Source: an uncultured Clostridium sp. (GTDB lineage: Bacteria; Bacillota; Clostridia; TANB77; CAG-508). Taken from it: DNA of 54,139 bases. The notes beneath the pieces were generated by a model that was not told the DNA's origin, searched no databases, and saw nothing but the letters and a program-made list of their open reading frames with translations. Below, in pieces: positions 25,788 to 34,878 of the stretch. How positions within the stretch are numbered: the first letter of the stretch is position 1; each line of letters opens with the position of its first letter. The translations under genes and the position numbers were made by a program. The stretch spans positions 1 through 54,139 of the forward strand of contig CAMMMI010000001.1 of NCBI GenBank assembly GCA_946497905.1, given 5' to 3'.

Positions 25788-26504
25788 TCAAATTTTTTCA
25801 AATACTTCACCTAAACTTTCATTTATAACCAAATCAGCCATATAATCATAAGGAGTAGAATCTCTATTTAGCAGTACCAAATTATTACCATTAAAATAAT
25901 TAATTAATCCACTTGCTGGATACACAGTTAAAGAAGTTCCAGCAACTATCAATAAATCTGCATTTTGAATAGCCAATATAGAATTTTTTAATATATTTGA
26001 ATCCAAGTTTTCATCATATAATACAACATCAGGTTTTATAATTCCTCCACAAGAGCATAAAGGAATCCCATTAGAATTAAATACATAATCTGCATTATAT
26101 AATTTTCCACACTTCATACAATAATTCCTAAGTACACTTCCATGCAATTCATAAACATTTTTAGAGCCTGCTTTTTGATGTAGACCATCAATATTTTGTG
26201 TAATAATGCCTTTCAATTTGGAAGTATTTTCAAGATCTACTAATTTCATATGAGTTATATTAGGTTTATAATTCAAGGAATTCATTTTATCCTTATAAAA
26301 TTTATAAAATTCACTTGTATTATTTATAAAAAAAGAATGGCTTAATATTTCTTCAGGAGGATAGTCATATTTCTGGTTATATAAGCCATCTTTACTTCTA
26401 AAATCAGGAATTCCACTTTCAGTTGAAACACCTGCGCCACCAAAAAAAATTATATTATTACTTTTTTCTAATAATTGTCTAAATTTTTGAATCTTATCAT
26501 CCAT
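25788..26504 (-). CDS. cobB: NAD-dependent protein deacylase (Sir2/CobB family)
   Basis: GAGVSTESGIPDFRS, QNIDGLH, ELHGS, and Zn-ribbon cysteines CMKCG...CSCGG. Size typical of CobB (238 aa). Confidence 0.85.
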   Translation of the reverse strand: MDDKIQKFRQLLEKSNNIIFFGGAGVSTESGIPDFRSKDGLYNQKYDYPPEEILSHSFFINNTSEFYKFYKDKMNSLNYKPNITHMKLVDLENTSKLKGIITQNIDGLHQKAGSKNVYELHGSVLRNYCMKCGKLYNADYVFNSNGIPLCSCGGIIKPDVVLYDENLDSNILKNSILAIQNADLLIVAGTSLTVYPASGLINYFNGNNLVLLNRDSTPYDYMADLVINESLGEVFEKI

Positions 26505-26560
26505 AAAACATTAACTCCTTAAAAAGTTATACATAACTATAAAATACACAATAAAACACT

Positions 26561-27256
26561 TTAAAATTTACCAAATTGCCCTATTGCCTTACCAACTATT
26601 TTCAAACTATCAAAATTAGTAGAATTAACCAAAATAGTATCAATAGAATAAGAGCTAACAGCTTCTAAAGCAATAGTTTCGCCATCAATTTTTTTATACA
26701 ATCTAATAAACACAAAATCATCAATAATACCAACAATTATATCATTATTTTCAGCAAAATCTTGTTTATGTATAAGAACATAATCACCATTATGAACCTT
26801 CAAATTTACACTTTCATCAGTAATTTTTAGATAAAAATAATCATCAGGCATTTTCATATCATAAATATTTGGATCTAATGGCAAATAGCCCTCTAAATAT
26901 TCATTATCTATTATCGAATTACCCAATGAAATTTTTGATATAATAGGTATATTAAATAAAACATTACTTTCACCATTAAGGTTATTTCTAATAAATTCTG
27001 AGGAATCATCAGAAAGCAAATTTTTATCAATATAACCACAAATAATTAATAATTCATAATAAGAAACTACACCTTTAGAATTATCAGCTATTTTTTTCAA
27101 AATCTCTGGGGAAGGAGCTTTTTTATAAATTAATCTAATTAATTTAGAAATATAAGCAGAGGTAACCCCAGTCGATTCAGCCATTTTATTTATAGAACCA
27201 TACTTATTTTTAATTTTTATAAGGATTTTTGAAAAAGCCTTTTTATCAAAATTCAT
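26561..27256 (-). CDS. LexA-like repressor (HTH + S24 peptidase-like C-terminal domain)
   Basis: HTH (GSINKMAESTGVTSAYISKLI). C-terminal beta-rich domain with VHNGDYVLIHKQ...IVGKAIG resembling the S24 fold. Start moved to the MNFDKK Met (27256); the longer ORF reaches 27292. Confidence 0.6.
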   Translation of the reverse strand: MNFDKKAFSKILIKIKNKYGSINKMAESTGVTSAYISKLIRLIYKKAPSPEILKKIADNSKGVVSYYELLIICGYIDKNLLSDDSSEFIRNNLNGESNVLFNIPIISKISLGNSIIDNEYLEGYLPLDPNIYDMKMPDDYFYLKITDESVNLKVHNGDYVLIHKQDFAENNDIIVGIIDDFVFIRLYKKIDGETIALEAVSSYSIDTILVNSTNFDSLKIVGKAIGQFGKF

Positions 27257-27329
27257 TGAAAAATCAACTCCTTTCAAAAAATAGTATATCACAAATTATT
27301 AACTATGGTCAATAATTTTAAAAAATATG

Positions 27330-27358
27330 TTGACAAAGGACGAAAAATGTTATATATT
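27330..27358 (+). promoter_or_regulatory. Sigma-A-type promoter divergent from the LexA-like gene
   Basis: TTGACA - 17 nt - TATATT. Confidence 0.5.
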
Positions 27359-27420
27359 AACAACAGTTAATAGCAGATTAGAAAGTCCATGTGCTAAAGA
27401 TACAATAAATAGGAGGAAAT

Positions 27421-27435
27421 ATCACTAATAGTGAT
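27421..27435. promoter_or_regulatory. Perfect 7-1-7 palindrome, candidate operator
   Basis: ATCACTA-A-TAGTGAT, about 65 nt downstream of the 27330 promoter. Confidence 0.35.
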
Positions 27436-27666
27436 AAAACAAAAAGAAAAATAACATTAACTGGAATTAACGAAAAAAGAAAGGAGGGAATATTATAAAA
27501 GTTTTTTATATTTATAAAATTATAGAATTAGAAGAAGAAATACAAGTCTGATAAAAAAATGACATTAATAATATGACAAAATAACAAAAAAATCGACAAA
27601 ATAACCTTTTTTTAGATTTTTTTTAATATTTTACTGTACAATTTGTAAAAGTTTATGTATAATATT

Positions 27667-27742
27667 AAAAAAGAGAAAAGATAGATAGGATTTGGCGATC
27701 GGCTATCTTTTCTCTCGTTGAGCATACACTAAAAATATGCCT
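27667..27742 (-). ncRNA. Candidate small RNA (~75 nt) bounded by a consensus promoter and an intrinsic terminator
   Basis: Minus strand: TTGACA-17-TATAAT (27777-27749). A 13-bp stem (27703-27715 / 27672-27684) is followed by TTTTTT. No ORF or SD lies between them. Confidence 0.5.
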
Positions 27743-27748
27743 ATTTCT

Positions 27749-27777
27749 ATTATACACACGTTAAATGCACATGTCAA
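27749..27777 (-). promoter_or_regulatory. Perfect consensus sigma-A promoter driving the candidate sRNA
   Basis: The reverse complement reads TTGACA tgtgcatttaacgtgtg TATAAT (17-nt spacer). Confidence 0.65.
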
Positions 27778-27892
27778 GCTAATTTGCTATATTTTAAATG
27801 TAAATATTTAACATTTAAAACAATATAAAAAATTAGTTCTAATTTTAAAAATTGGGAATAAAATTAAAAAGCTAGTACAAAGGAGATTATAT

Positions 27893-28435
27893 ATGGATAT
27901 TATGATAAAAAGTATTTTAATAGGTGTAATACCAGATGTAATATTTTTAAGTTTATTTATAATTTATTCAAAGAAAATACAAACTAGAAGAGTAATATTT
28001 TTTATACTATTACTAATAGATTATATAGTAACTCTTATAATATTTAAATATCAAACATTATTTTATATTTTATTTATAGTCATAGAATATATAATTTTAA
28101 GACTATTATATAAAAAAGAAATCCAATTAATAGATTCCTTTGTAATAACTATTCCTTTTTTAATTCTATTTCTAATGTCATGTATATATTACTTTTTAAT
28201 TCCAAACTATATGTTAGCATGTATTTTAGAAAAAATTACGATACTTATAATGATATTCTTAATAAAAAATAAAATAAATATAGCATATAAAACTTACAGG
28301 CATTTATGGAATAGAACTAAAGAAGAGGCAAGAAAAATAAGAAGTATTACATTAAGAAATATAAGCCTTATCTTGATGTATATATTTATATTTCTATCAG
28401 ATTTGGTTTGTATATATATAATGAATGTGAGGTGA
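27893..28435 (+). CDS. Polytopic membrane protein of unknown function (180 aa)
   Basis: GGAG RBS. About 5-6 hydrophobic helices and a short basic cytoplasmic segment (RHLWNRTKEEARKIR). No catalytic motif recognised. Confidence 0.6.
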   Translation: MDIMIKSILIGVIPDVIFLSLFIIYSKKIQTRRVIFFILLLIDYIVTLIIFKYQTLFYILFIVIEYIILRLLYKKEIQLIDSFVITIPFLILFLMSCIYYFLIPNYMLACILEKITILIMIFLIKNKINIAYKTYRHLWNRTKEEARKIRSITLRNISLILMYIFIFLSDLVCIYIMNVR

Positions 28436-28439
28436 TAAT

Positions 28440-28490
28440 ATGCCAATATGGTCTGCATGGTTCTTCTGCGATACAGAAGATGGAGAATAA
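28440..28490 (+). CDS. Candidate 16-aa peptide MPIWSAWFFCDTEDGE
   Basis: ATG lies 7 nt after a GAGGTG SD and 4 nt after the upstream stop (coupled). Ends with a double stop TAATAA. Sits between two membrane-protein genes. Confidence 0.35.
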   Translation: MPIWSAWFFCDTEDGE

Positions 28491-28510
28491 TAAATAGGAG
28501 AAGATAACTA

Positions 28511-29137
28511 ATGAAAAACATAAAAAGTAGATTATTTAATATTTTTGAATTAATTGTAATAATTATTATAGGATTATCTATGAAAGTTCCAGTACAACAG
28601 ATAATATGTCTACTTATAGTTTTCATGGTAGTAAGACAGAATTTAAATAATCCTATGCATTATAAATCACAATATCTATGCTTATTTTGGAGTACAGCAG
28701 TCTTTATATCATTTTACATATTAACATATGTCAACCCAATAGTTGCTATGTTAGGAGCTGGTTTTGGGGCATTAGTAGTAACAGGAAATGCAGATGTAAA
28801 AGATGTATTTATGTTTAATAATGATGATGAATCAAAATACAGAGAAATGAAAAAATTCATAGAAAATAATCAGAATATAGATATAGTAAAAGAATATGAA
28901 AAAATAGTAAAAAATTTAAATGAAAGATATAAAAACAGATATAAAATCGACTTTTATAAAGTATTTGTATTAAAATTTTATGAAAAGAAAACGTTTAAAC
29001 AAATAATTGAAGAAACTAATTTAAATGACAATAAAGAAGTAACAAAAGCACTGGATATAATTAGTATGAGTTTTAATACATTTATGCAAGTAAAAAATAA
29101 GCTTGAGGAGATTGATAATGACGAAAAAACTGGTTAA
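28511..29137 (+). CDS. Membrane-anchored protein with an AgrB-like R-x7-H-x6-C-x3-S motif and a C-terminal sigma-70 region-4-like HTH
   Basis: AGGAGA RBS. Three N-terminal TM helices, VRQNLNNPMHYKSQYLCLFWS, and a C-terminal FYKVFVLKFYEKKTFKQIIEETNLNDNKEVTKAL HTH-like segment. Confidence 0.6.
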   Translation: MKNIKSRLFNIFELIVIIIIGLSMKVPVQQIICLLIVFMVVRQNLNNPMHYKSQYLCLFWSTAVFISFYILTYVNPIVAMLGAGFGALVVTGNADVKDVFMFNNDDESKYREMKKFIENNQNIDIVKEYEKIVKNLNERYKNRYKIDFYKVFVLKFYEKKTFKQIIEETNLNDNKEVTKALDIISMSFNTFMQVKNKLEEIDNDEKTG

Positions 29138-29150
29138 AGCCAGTTTTTTT
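29125..29150 (+). terminator. Rho-independent terminator
   Basis: aaaaactgg-ttaaag-ccagttttttt, overlapping the stop codon of the 208-aa gene. Confidence 0.7.
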
Positions 29151-29241
29151 GTGTACCTAACCACAGTAGCCACTGACATATTATATGTCGAATATTGTAA
29201 AATTAATTTGATAAATAATAATGTTAGGGGAGAAAACATAA

Positions 29242-29382
29242 ATGAAAGATTTTAGTAACAATAAAATAATTAAAAAAATTATGATAAAAAAAGATGAATT
29301 AAAACAATATTTTAATAATAAGAAGATAATAAAAAAGTCAGAGTATATAAAATATTTAAAAGAAAAAGATAAAAATAATTAA
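29242..29382 (+). CDS. Candidate small lysine-rich protein (46 aa)
   Basis: GGGGAG SD 8 nt upstream of ATG. MKDFSNNKIIKKIMIKKDELKQYFNNKKIIKKSEYIKYLKEKDKNN, followed directly by a terminator. The AT-rich composition makes chance ORFs of this type common. Confidence 0.3.
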   Translation: MKDFSNNKIIKKIMIKKDELKQYFNNKKIIKKSEYIKYLKEKDKNN

Positions 29383-29384
29383 AA

Positions 29385-29428
29385 AATTGGGCTTTGAAGA
29401 TTCTTTGTTATAATATCAAAGCCCAATT
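29385..29428. terminator. Bidirectional terminator hairpin
   Basis: aattgggctttga - 18 nt - tcaaagcccaatt, between convergent genes. Confidence 0.6.
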
Positions 29429-29478
29429 ATAATTAGTGTTATTATGATTTTTTAAAAATCATTTAACTATAAATAAAA

Positions 29479-30465
29479 CTATAATAATTCTTTTCTTAAT
29501 TCTTCACTACCTTTTGTAGATAACAAGCTAGGAGCAATATCAAAAACAGTTTTACAACCAAAGTCAGATTTTTTATATAAACGATAATTTGCTCTAGCAT
29601 ATGCAACTAAAACGCTAGCTGTAAATTCGGGATTTGATTCTAATTTTAAAGAAAATTCTGCTATTTGTTTTGTTGTATTATTAGGACCAGTTAATCCACT
29701 TCTTAAGACAAATCCACCATGTGGCATAGAAGAGTGATTTTTCTTAAATTCTTCTTCCGAAATAAAATGAACAACAGTATTATATTCATCAAAATAATTA
29801 GGCATTTCTTTTATTGTTTTTTCTATAAAATTTTTATCTGCACTATCTTCAGCTACAACAAAACATTCTCTCCACATTTTTTCACGAACAGATTTAAATT
29901 GAGGATTTTCACCATTTCTAACTCTTTCTACAGCTTCATCATAAGGAACTGTATATTGAACAGCATTTTTTACACCAGGAACTCTTCTAACAGCGTCAGA
30001 ATGTCCTTGACTTAATCCTCTTCCATAAAAATAATATGAATTTCCATTAGGTAAAACAGACTCAAATAAACTTCTTTGAATAGAAAATAATCCAGGATCC
30101 CATCCTACACAAATAATTGAAACATGTTTACTTTCGATTGAATTCTTATCAACATTTTTGAAATATTCAGGAATTTTTGCATGGGTATCAAAACTATCAA
30201 CAGTATTAAATAATTTTGCAAATTCAGGCCCTTGAACTGGTAAATCTGTAGCAGAACCACCACACAATATCATGACATCTATTTTATCAGTCATATTTTT
30301 AGCATCATCTATATAATATACAGGTGAATAAATAGTATTTACAGTATTTGGATCACGTCTTGTAAATACTCCAACTAATTCCATGTCGTTATTTTGCTTA
30401 ATAGCAAGCTCAACACCTCTTCCAAGATTACCATAACCTAAAATACCAATTCTGATTTTACACAT
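29479..30465 (-). CDS. ddh: meso-Diaminopimelate D-dehydrogenase
   Basis: MCKIRIGILGYGNLGRGVE Rossmann N-terminus and about 328 aa, typical of Ddh. Start set at the Met preceded by GAAGG; the ORF extends to 30483. Confidence 0.8.
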   Translation of the reverse strand: MCKIRIGILGYGNLGRGVELAIKQNNDMELVGVFTRRDPNTVNTIYSPVYYIDDAKNMTDKIDVMILCGGSATDLPVQGPEFAKLFNTVDSFDTHAKIPEYFKNVDKNSIESKHVSIICVGWDPGLFSIQRSLFESVLPNGNSYYFYGRGLSQGHSDAVRRVPGVKNAVQYTVPYDEAVERVRNGENPQFKSVREKMWRECFVVAEDSADKNFIEKTIKEMPNYFDEYNTVVHFISEEEFKKNHSSMPHGGFVLRSGLTGPNNTTKQIAEFSLKLESNPEFTASVLVAYARANYRLYKKSDFGCKTVFDIAPSLLSTKGSEELRKELL

Positions 30466-30547
30466 ATAAAAACCTTCTTTCATTTAATCTATTAGAAAGA
30501 TTTTATCATATTAGAATTATAATAGTCAAACAAAACATAGAATCATA

Positions 30548-30709
30548 TTAATATGATTTCAATGTATCTTCAATAACATATGAAACAGGTAGCACATTGT
30601 CATTATCTGTTTTTACGTCAAAAATCATACAGTCATTGTCAAATTGTTGATAAACAGAAATAGTAACAGTGCCACATTTTCTATATGCACCACGTATAAG
30701 TCTAGACAT
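30548..30709 (-). CDS. Small hypothetical protein (53 aa)
   Basis: Strong AAGGGGGG SD 5 nt upstream. MSRLIRGAYRKCGTVTISVYQQFDNDCMIFDVKTDNDNVLPVSYVIEDTLKSY has non-low-complexity composition. Confidence 0.5.
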   Translation of the reverse strand: MSRLIRGAYRKCGTVTISVYQQFDNDCMIFDVKTDNDNVLPVSYVIEDTLKSY

Positions 30710-31086
30710 CAAAACCCCCCTTTTCTTTAGTAATAATATTCACTATAACATATAGAAAATGAAATAAATGTCGAATCTTGCAATAAATGAAAATAAATTT
30801 TAAAAAAATAAGAAAAAAACTTTTATAATGTAAAAAGAACTAGACTCTATCTATTAAAGGAGAAATCTAGTTCAATAAACAAAAAATAAATATATAAATA
30901 TATGATTTATTACTGAGATTGTAGCAAAAAAAGAGTGTTAAGTCAATAAAAAAAAGAAAAATTATATAAATTACACAAAAAAGCCATAATAATTTACAAA
31001 AATAGTAGCAAAATAAAAAAAATAGTGTTATACTTATCAAATGAAAAGAGAGAAGGTAGGATTGTAAGGAAGGAATGTGATTAGAA

Positions 31087-32484
31087 ATGAGTGAAGAATT
31101 AAAAAATAAGTTATTTAATAAGAAAGAGAATGGTTGGGCAAATTTAAGTAATGAAAAAATAGATGAAATAAATAATTATTCTGAAAAATATATGAAATTT
31201 TTAAATTCTGCAAAAACAGAAAGAGAATTTATAAAACAAGCAAGAAAAATAGCAGATGAAAATGGATACAAAGATATAATGGAATTTGAAACATTAAAAC
31301 CTGGAGATAAGATATACTTTATAAATAGGGAAAAAAGTATGTATTTAGCAATAATAGGTGAAGAACCTATAGAAAATGGACTACACATAATTGGTTCACA
31401 CATAGATTCCCCAAGACTAGATTTAAAACCTAATCCATTATATGAAGATACTGAACTTGCATATTTAAAAACACATTATTATGGAGGAATTAAAAAGTAT
31501 CAATGGACAACTATTCCATTAAGTATGCATGGAATTATAGTAAAAACTAATGGTGAAAAGATAGAAATAAATATAGGAGAAGATGAGAAAGATCCAATAT
31601 TTACAATAACAGACTTGTTACCACACCTAGCCCAAGAACAAATGGAAAAGAAATTAAAAGAAGGAATAAACGGAGAGGACTTAAATTTATTAGTAGGAAG
31701 TATGCCATATAATTCAGAAAAAATATCAGAAAATGTAAAACTAAATATATTGAATATATTAAACAAAAAATATGGAATTACTGAAATAGATTTAAATAGC
31801 TCAGAAATAGAAATTGTACCAGCATTTAAAGCAAGAAGCTTAGGTTTCGATGAGAGTATGGTAGCAGCATATGGACAAGATGATAAAGTGTGTGCATATA
31901 CATCACTAAGTGCAATTATGGAATTAAAAAATGTAAAAAATACAGCTGTATGTATATTATCAGATAAAGAAGAAATAGGTAGCATGGGAAACACAGGAAT
32001 GGAATCACATATGTTTGACTTCTTTATATCAGAAATATTAAACAAATTAGGAATAAATAAACCAAATTTATTAGACAGGGTTTTCTGTTTTTCAAAAATG
32101 TTATCATCAGACGTAGATGCTGGATTTGACCCAATATATTCTTCTGTTTCAGATAAAACAAATGCAGGATATTTAGGAAAAGGAGTAACACTTAATAAAT
32201 ATACTGGAGCGAGAGGAAAATCAGGGGCTTCTGATGCGAATGCTGAATTTGTAGCATGGGTAAGAAACGTCTTAGAAAAAAATGAAATAAAATATCAATT
32301 AACAGAACTAGGAAAAGTAGACATTGGAGGAGGAGGAACTATAGCATATATTCTAGCTAATAAAGGAGCAGATGTTATAGATTGTGGAATTGCAGTACTT
32401 TCAATGCATGCTCCATATGAAGTTACTAGCAAATATGATATCTATTGTGCATATAAAACTTATAAAGCTTTTTGGGAAGAATAA
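31087..32484 (+). CDS. M18-family aminopeptidase
   Basis: IGSHIDSPRLDLKPNP...LKTHYYGGIKKYQW, DKEEIGS, SMHAPYE. 465 aa, typical of clostridial aminopeptidase 1. Confidence 0.85.
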   Translation: MSEELKNKLFNKKENGWANLSNEKIDEINNYSEKYMKFLNSAKTEREFIKQARKIADENGYKDIMEFETLKPGDKIYFINREKSMYLAIIGEEPIENGLHIIGSHIDSPRLDLKPNPLYEDTELAYLKTHYYGGIKKYQWTTIPLSMHGIIVKTNGEKIEINIGEDEKDPIFTITDLLPHLAQEQMEKKLKEGINGEDLNLLVGSMPYNSEKISENVKLNILNILNKKYGITEIDLNSSEIEIVPAFKARSLGFDESMVAAYGQDDKVCAYTSLSAIMELKNVKNTAVCILSDKEEIGSMGNTGMESHMFDFFISEILNKLGINKPNLLDRVFCFSKMLSSDVDAGFDPIYSSVSDKTNAGYLGKGVTLNKYTGARGKSGASDANAEFVAWVRNVLEKNEIKYQLTELGKVDIGGGGTIAYILANKGADVIDCGIAVLSMHAPYEVTSKYDIYCAYKTYKAFWEE

Positions 32485-32521
32485 GAAAAAAGGGCTATAA
32501 AAATATAGCCCAACATATATT

Positions 32522-32863
32522 TTAATTATGATTAATTAATAAATCAGCAATACCATTCAGCAAGATAATATCTTCTTGAGACATTAAGTTTAATTTATCG
32601 CTCAACTCTATTTGAGGTTTTAAACTATTATTTGTAATAAAACTACTAAATAACATATTAGGAGGAATACCTAATATATTTATATAATTTATTAATGTTT
32701 GAATTTTTATACCACTGTTACCATTCTCTATCCTAGATATATATTTTAAAGAGATATCTAATTTTTCTGCTAGTTGTTCTTGTGTTAATCCATTTTTAGT
32801 ACGATAATCTTTAAATATTTTACCAAAAATATTATTAATATCTGATTTTAATACAGAACTCAT
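32522..32863 (-). CDS. XRE-family HTH transcriptional regulator
   Basis: GLTQEQLAEKLDISLKYISRIENG. Start set at the Met preceded by GGAGGG; the ORF extends to 32908. Confidence 0.75.
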   Translation of the reverse strand: MSSVLKSDINNIFGKIFKDYRTKNGLTQEQLAEKLDISLKYISRIENGNSGIKIQTLINYINILGIPPNMLFSSFITNNSLKPQIELSDKLNLMSQEDIILLNGIADLLINHN

Positions 32864-33095
32864 CTTACCCTCCATAAATATAAGTATCATTATAAGTATA
32901 ACAAGCATTAAAAATACTTAAAACACATTAATACTATAACCAAAAAATAGGAAAATATTAACAAAAAACTATAAAAGTCTTGAAAAATAAAGGAATTGAT
33001 GATATCATAAAGGATGAAAAATCACACTGGCAGTGAGATATGATATAAATAAAATATACTGAGAGCATAATTAGTAAAAAGAGAGGAATTTTAAA

Positions 33096-33431
33096 ATGGT
33101 AAAAAACGAAGATTACACAAACTTACTAAAGAAAATGATATCTTGTATAAGTTATGGAGACTATTATTCAGTAAAAGAGTTATCTAAGTTACAGTTAGAT
33201 AATATAAAAGAAATAAATACTAAAGTGGAAAAGGAAGTTAATCAATTAAATAAATCAAGAGAATTGAATAAGTGTAAAGAAAAACCATTAGAAGAATGGA
33301 CTAATAGTCAACTTGTAACTTTGTTGAAAATGTATTCAAATTATATATTGAAAAAAATAGAGAAAACAGATAATATTAAAGAACTACAAACAATGACAGT
33401 TTCTATAGATGAATTCATAAGAAATATATAA
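33096..33431 (+). CDS. Hypothetical protein (111 aa)
   Basis: ORF with a GAGAGG RBS, a helical charged sequence and no recognised motif. Confidence 0.5.
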   Translation: MVKNEDYTNLLKKMISCISYGDYYSVKELSKLQLDNIKEINTKVEKEVNQLNKSRELNKCKEKPLEEWTNSQLVTLLKMYSNYILKKIEKTDNIKELQTMTVSIDEFIRNI

Positions 33432-33446
33432 AGAGGTGGTACACAT

Positions 33447-33875
33447 ATGATAAGAAATTTAAAACAAGAAGATTTAACAAAAGTAATGACAATATGGACA
33501 AAAGGCAATTTTGCATCACATAATTTTATAGAAAAAGACTATTGGTTAGAAAATTTTAATAAAGTAAAAAACTACTATATACCTAATTCAGATACATATG
33601 TATATGTAGAAAAAGAAGAAGTAAAAGGATTTATTAGTGTGTCTCAAAATAATTATATTGGAGCTTTATATGTAAAACAACAAGAACAAAGAAAAGGAAT
33701 AGGAAGAAAGTTAATAAATTATTGTAAAGAAAAATATGAAAATTTAGAATTAAAAGTATATGATAAAAATGGAAATGCAATAGCATTTTATATGGCAATG
33801 GGATTTAAAAATGCAGGTGTTCAAATAGATTCAAATACTGGAGAAAAAGAATATATAATGCAATGGAAAAAATAA
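33447..33875 (+). CDS. GNAT-family N-acetyltransferase
   Basis: Acetyl-CoA binding motif QQEQRKGIGRKLINYC and AIAFYMAMGF. Confidence 0.8.
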   Translation: MIRNLKQEDLTKVMTIWTKGNFASHNFIEKDYWLENFNKVKNYYIPNSDTYVYVEKEEVKGFISVSQNNYIGALYVKQQEQRKGIGRKLINYCKEKYENLELKVYDKNGNAIAFYMAMGFKNAGVQIDSNTGEKEYIMQWKK

Positions 33876-33920
33876 AAAGATTGTAATATATGACTTAATA
33901 TTATAATCTTTTTTTTTTAG

Positions 33921-33952
33921 AATCGGAAAGCAATCAACCCTTTCCGATTTGT
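33921..33952 (+). terminator. Rho-independent terminator
   Basis: aatcggaaag - 9 nt - ctttccgatt followed by T-rich sequence. Confidence 0.6.
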
Positions 33953-34100
33953 TATATATTAAAATAGTTTCAATCAAAAATAATTAGAAAAGAATTGACT
34001 TTTTTTAAAATTATATATATTATATACAGGAATTACATATATTTACAGAAAAAGTAAAAAAATGTTAATGGTTTATTTTTACTCAATGAAAGGGGTATAT

Positions 34101-34250
34101 ATGAAAGATATAACAAAAGATGGAACTTTAAACGAAACAATAGAAGAACTAAAAATTATAAAAGAGGATTGGAAGAATTATTTTAAAGAAAACAAAATTA
34201 TTTTAAAAGAGGAGTATATTAATTATTTATGTTCTAAAAATAAAAAATAA
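34101..34250 (+). CDS. Small hypothetical protein (49 aa)
   Basis: AAAGGGG SD 5 nt upstream of the MKDITKDG start; the ORF-track start 34062 has no SD. Confidence 0.4.
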   Translation: MKDITKDGTLNETIEELKIIKEDWKNYFKENKIILKEEYINYLCSKNKK

Positions 34251-34311
34251 CTATTGGATTTAAAGAACTTTTTATTATAAAATGAAATATTATAGTGAAA
34301 ATTATGTCTTT

Positions 34312-34557
34312 GACTCGAAAACGAGCTCTATATAGGGAAAACAGAAAGAGGAAAAATAGATTTCGTAATTGATAAATTTCGGAGAAAGAGAATATATACA
34401 AGTAGCAGATTACTTATCAAGCGATGAAGTGATTAAAAGAGAGTTCGGAGCATTTAAATATGTAAATGATAATTTTCCCAAATATGTTATAACAATGGAT
34501 AAAATTAATTATAGTCAAAATGGAATTAAACATTTGAATTTAGAAGATTTTTATTGA
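34312..34557 (+). pseudogene. 3' remnant of a DUF4143-type AAA ATPase gene
   Basis: IGKTERGKIDFVIDK (one frame), then FGEREYIQVADYLSSDEVIKREFGAF (ORF 34369-34557), matches the C-terminal end of that family. Internal frameshift and no N-terminal ATPase part. Confidence 0.55.
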
Positions 34558-34666
34558 ATGTCCACAATTTATAAGTGATATATAAAAATATCCTTAGCAA
34601 TTCTAAATACTGCTAAGGATATTTTTAATACTACTAGCTTTTTAAATGGTTCGTATAATAATGCTT

Positions 34667-34743
<77 letters not shown>

Positions 34744-34878
34744 GTATCTCAAATAACAATAAATATAATAGCATAAAATATATCATATGTCAATAAAAAA
34801 TGAAAAATATTTTGAGAAAGTAATACACAATCTTAATTTCTTAAGATTGTGTATATATATAGATTTATAAGTTTTAAA

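Noticed and set aside
25788-26504. SIR2-domain protein next to attR as a defence effector (Thoeris, DSR or SIR2-HerA type)
   Set aside because: It has the full canonical CobB sirtuin layout (GAGVSTESGIPDFRS, QNIDGLH, Zn-ribbon cysteines, 238 aa). There is no fused sensor domain or partner gene. It lies outside the element, beyond attR.
27489-27551. Tiny ORFs after the AGGAGG/GGAGGG sequences in the 27.4-27.55 kb leader (for example IKVFYIYKIIELEEEIQV)
   Set aside because: They would need non-canonical ATA/ATT starts or awkward SD spacing, so they cannot be supported from sequence alone.
29196-29210. Motif ATGTCGAAT at 15900, 29197 and 30768 as a possible alternative-sigma promoter or binding site
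   Set aside because: There are only three 9-nt matches, with no consistent partner element at -35 or -10 distance.
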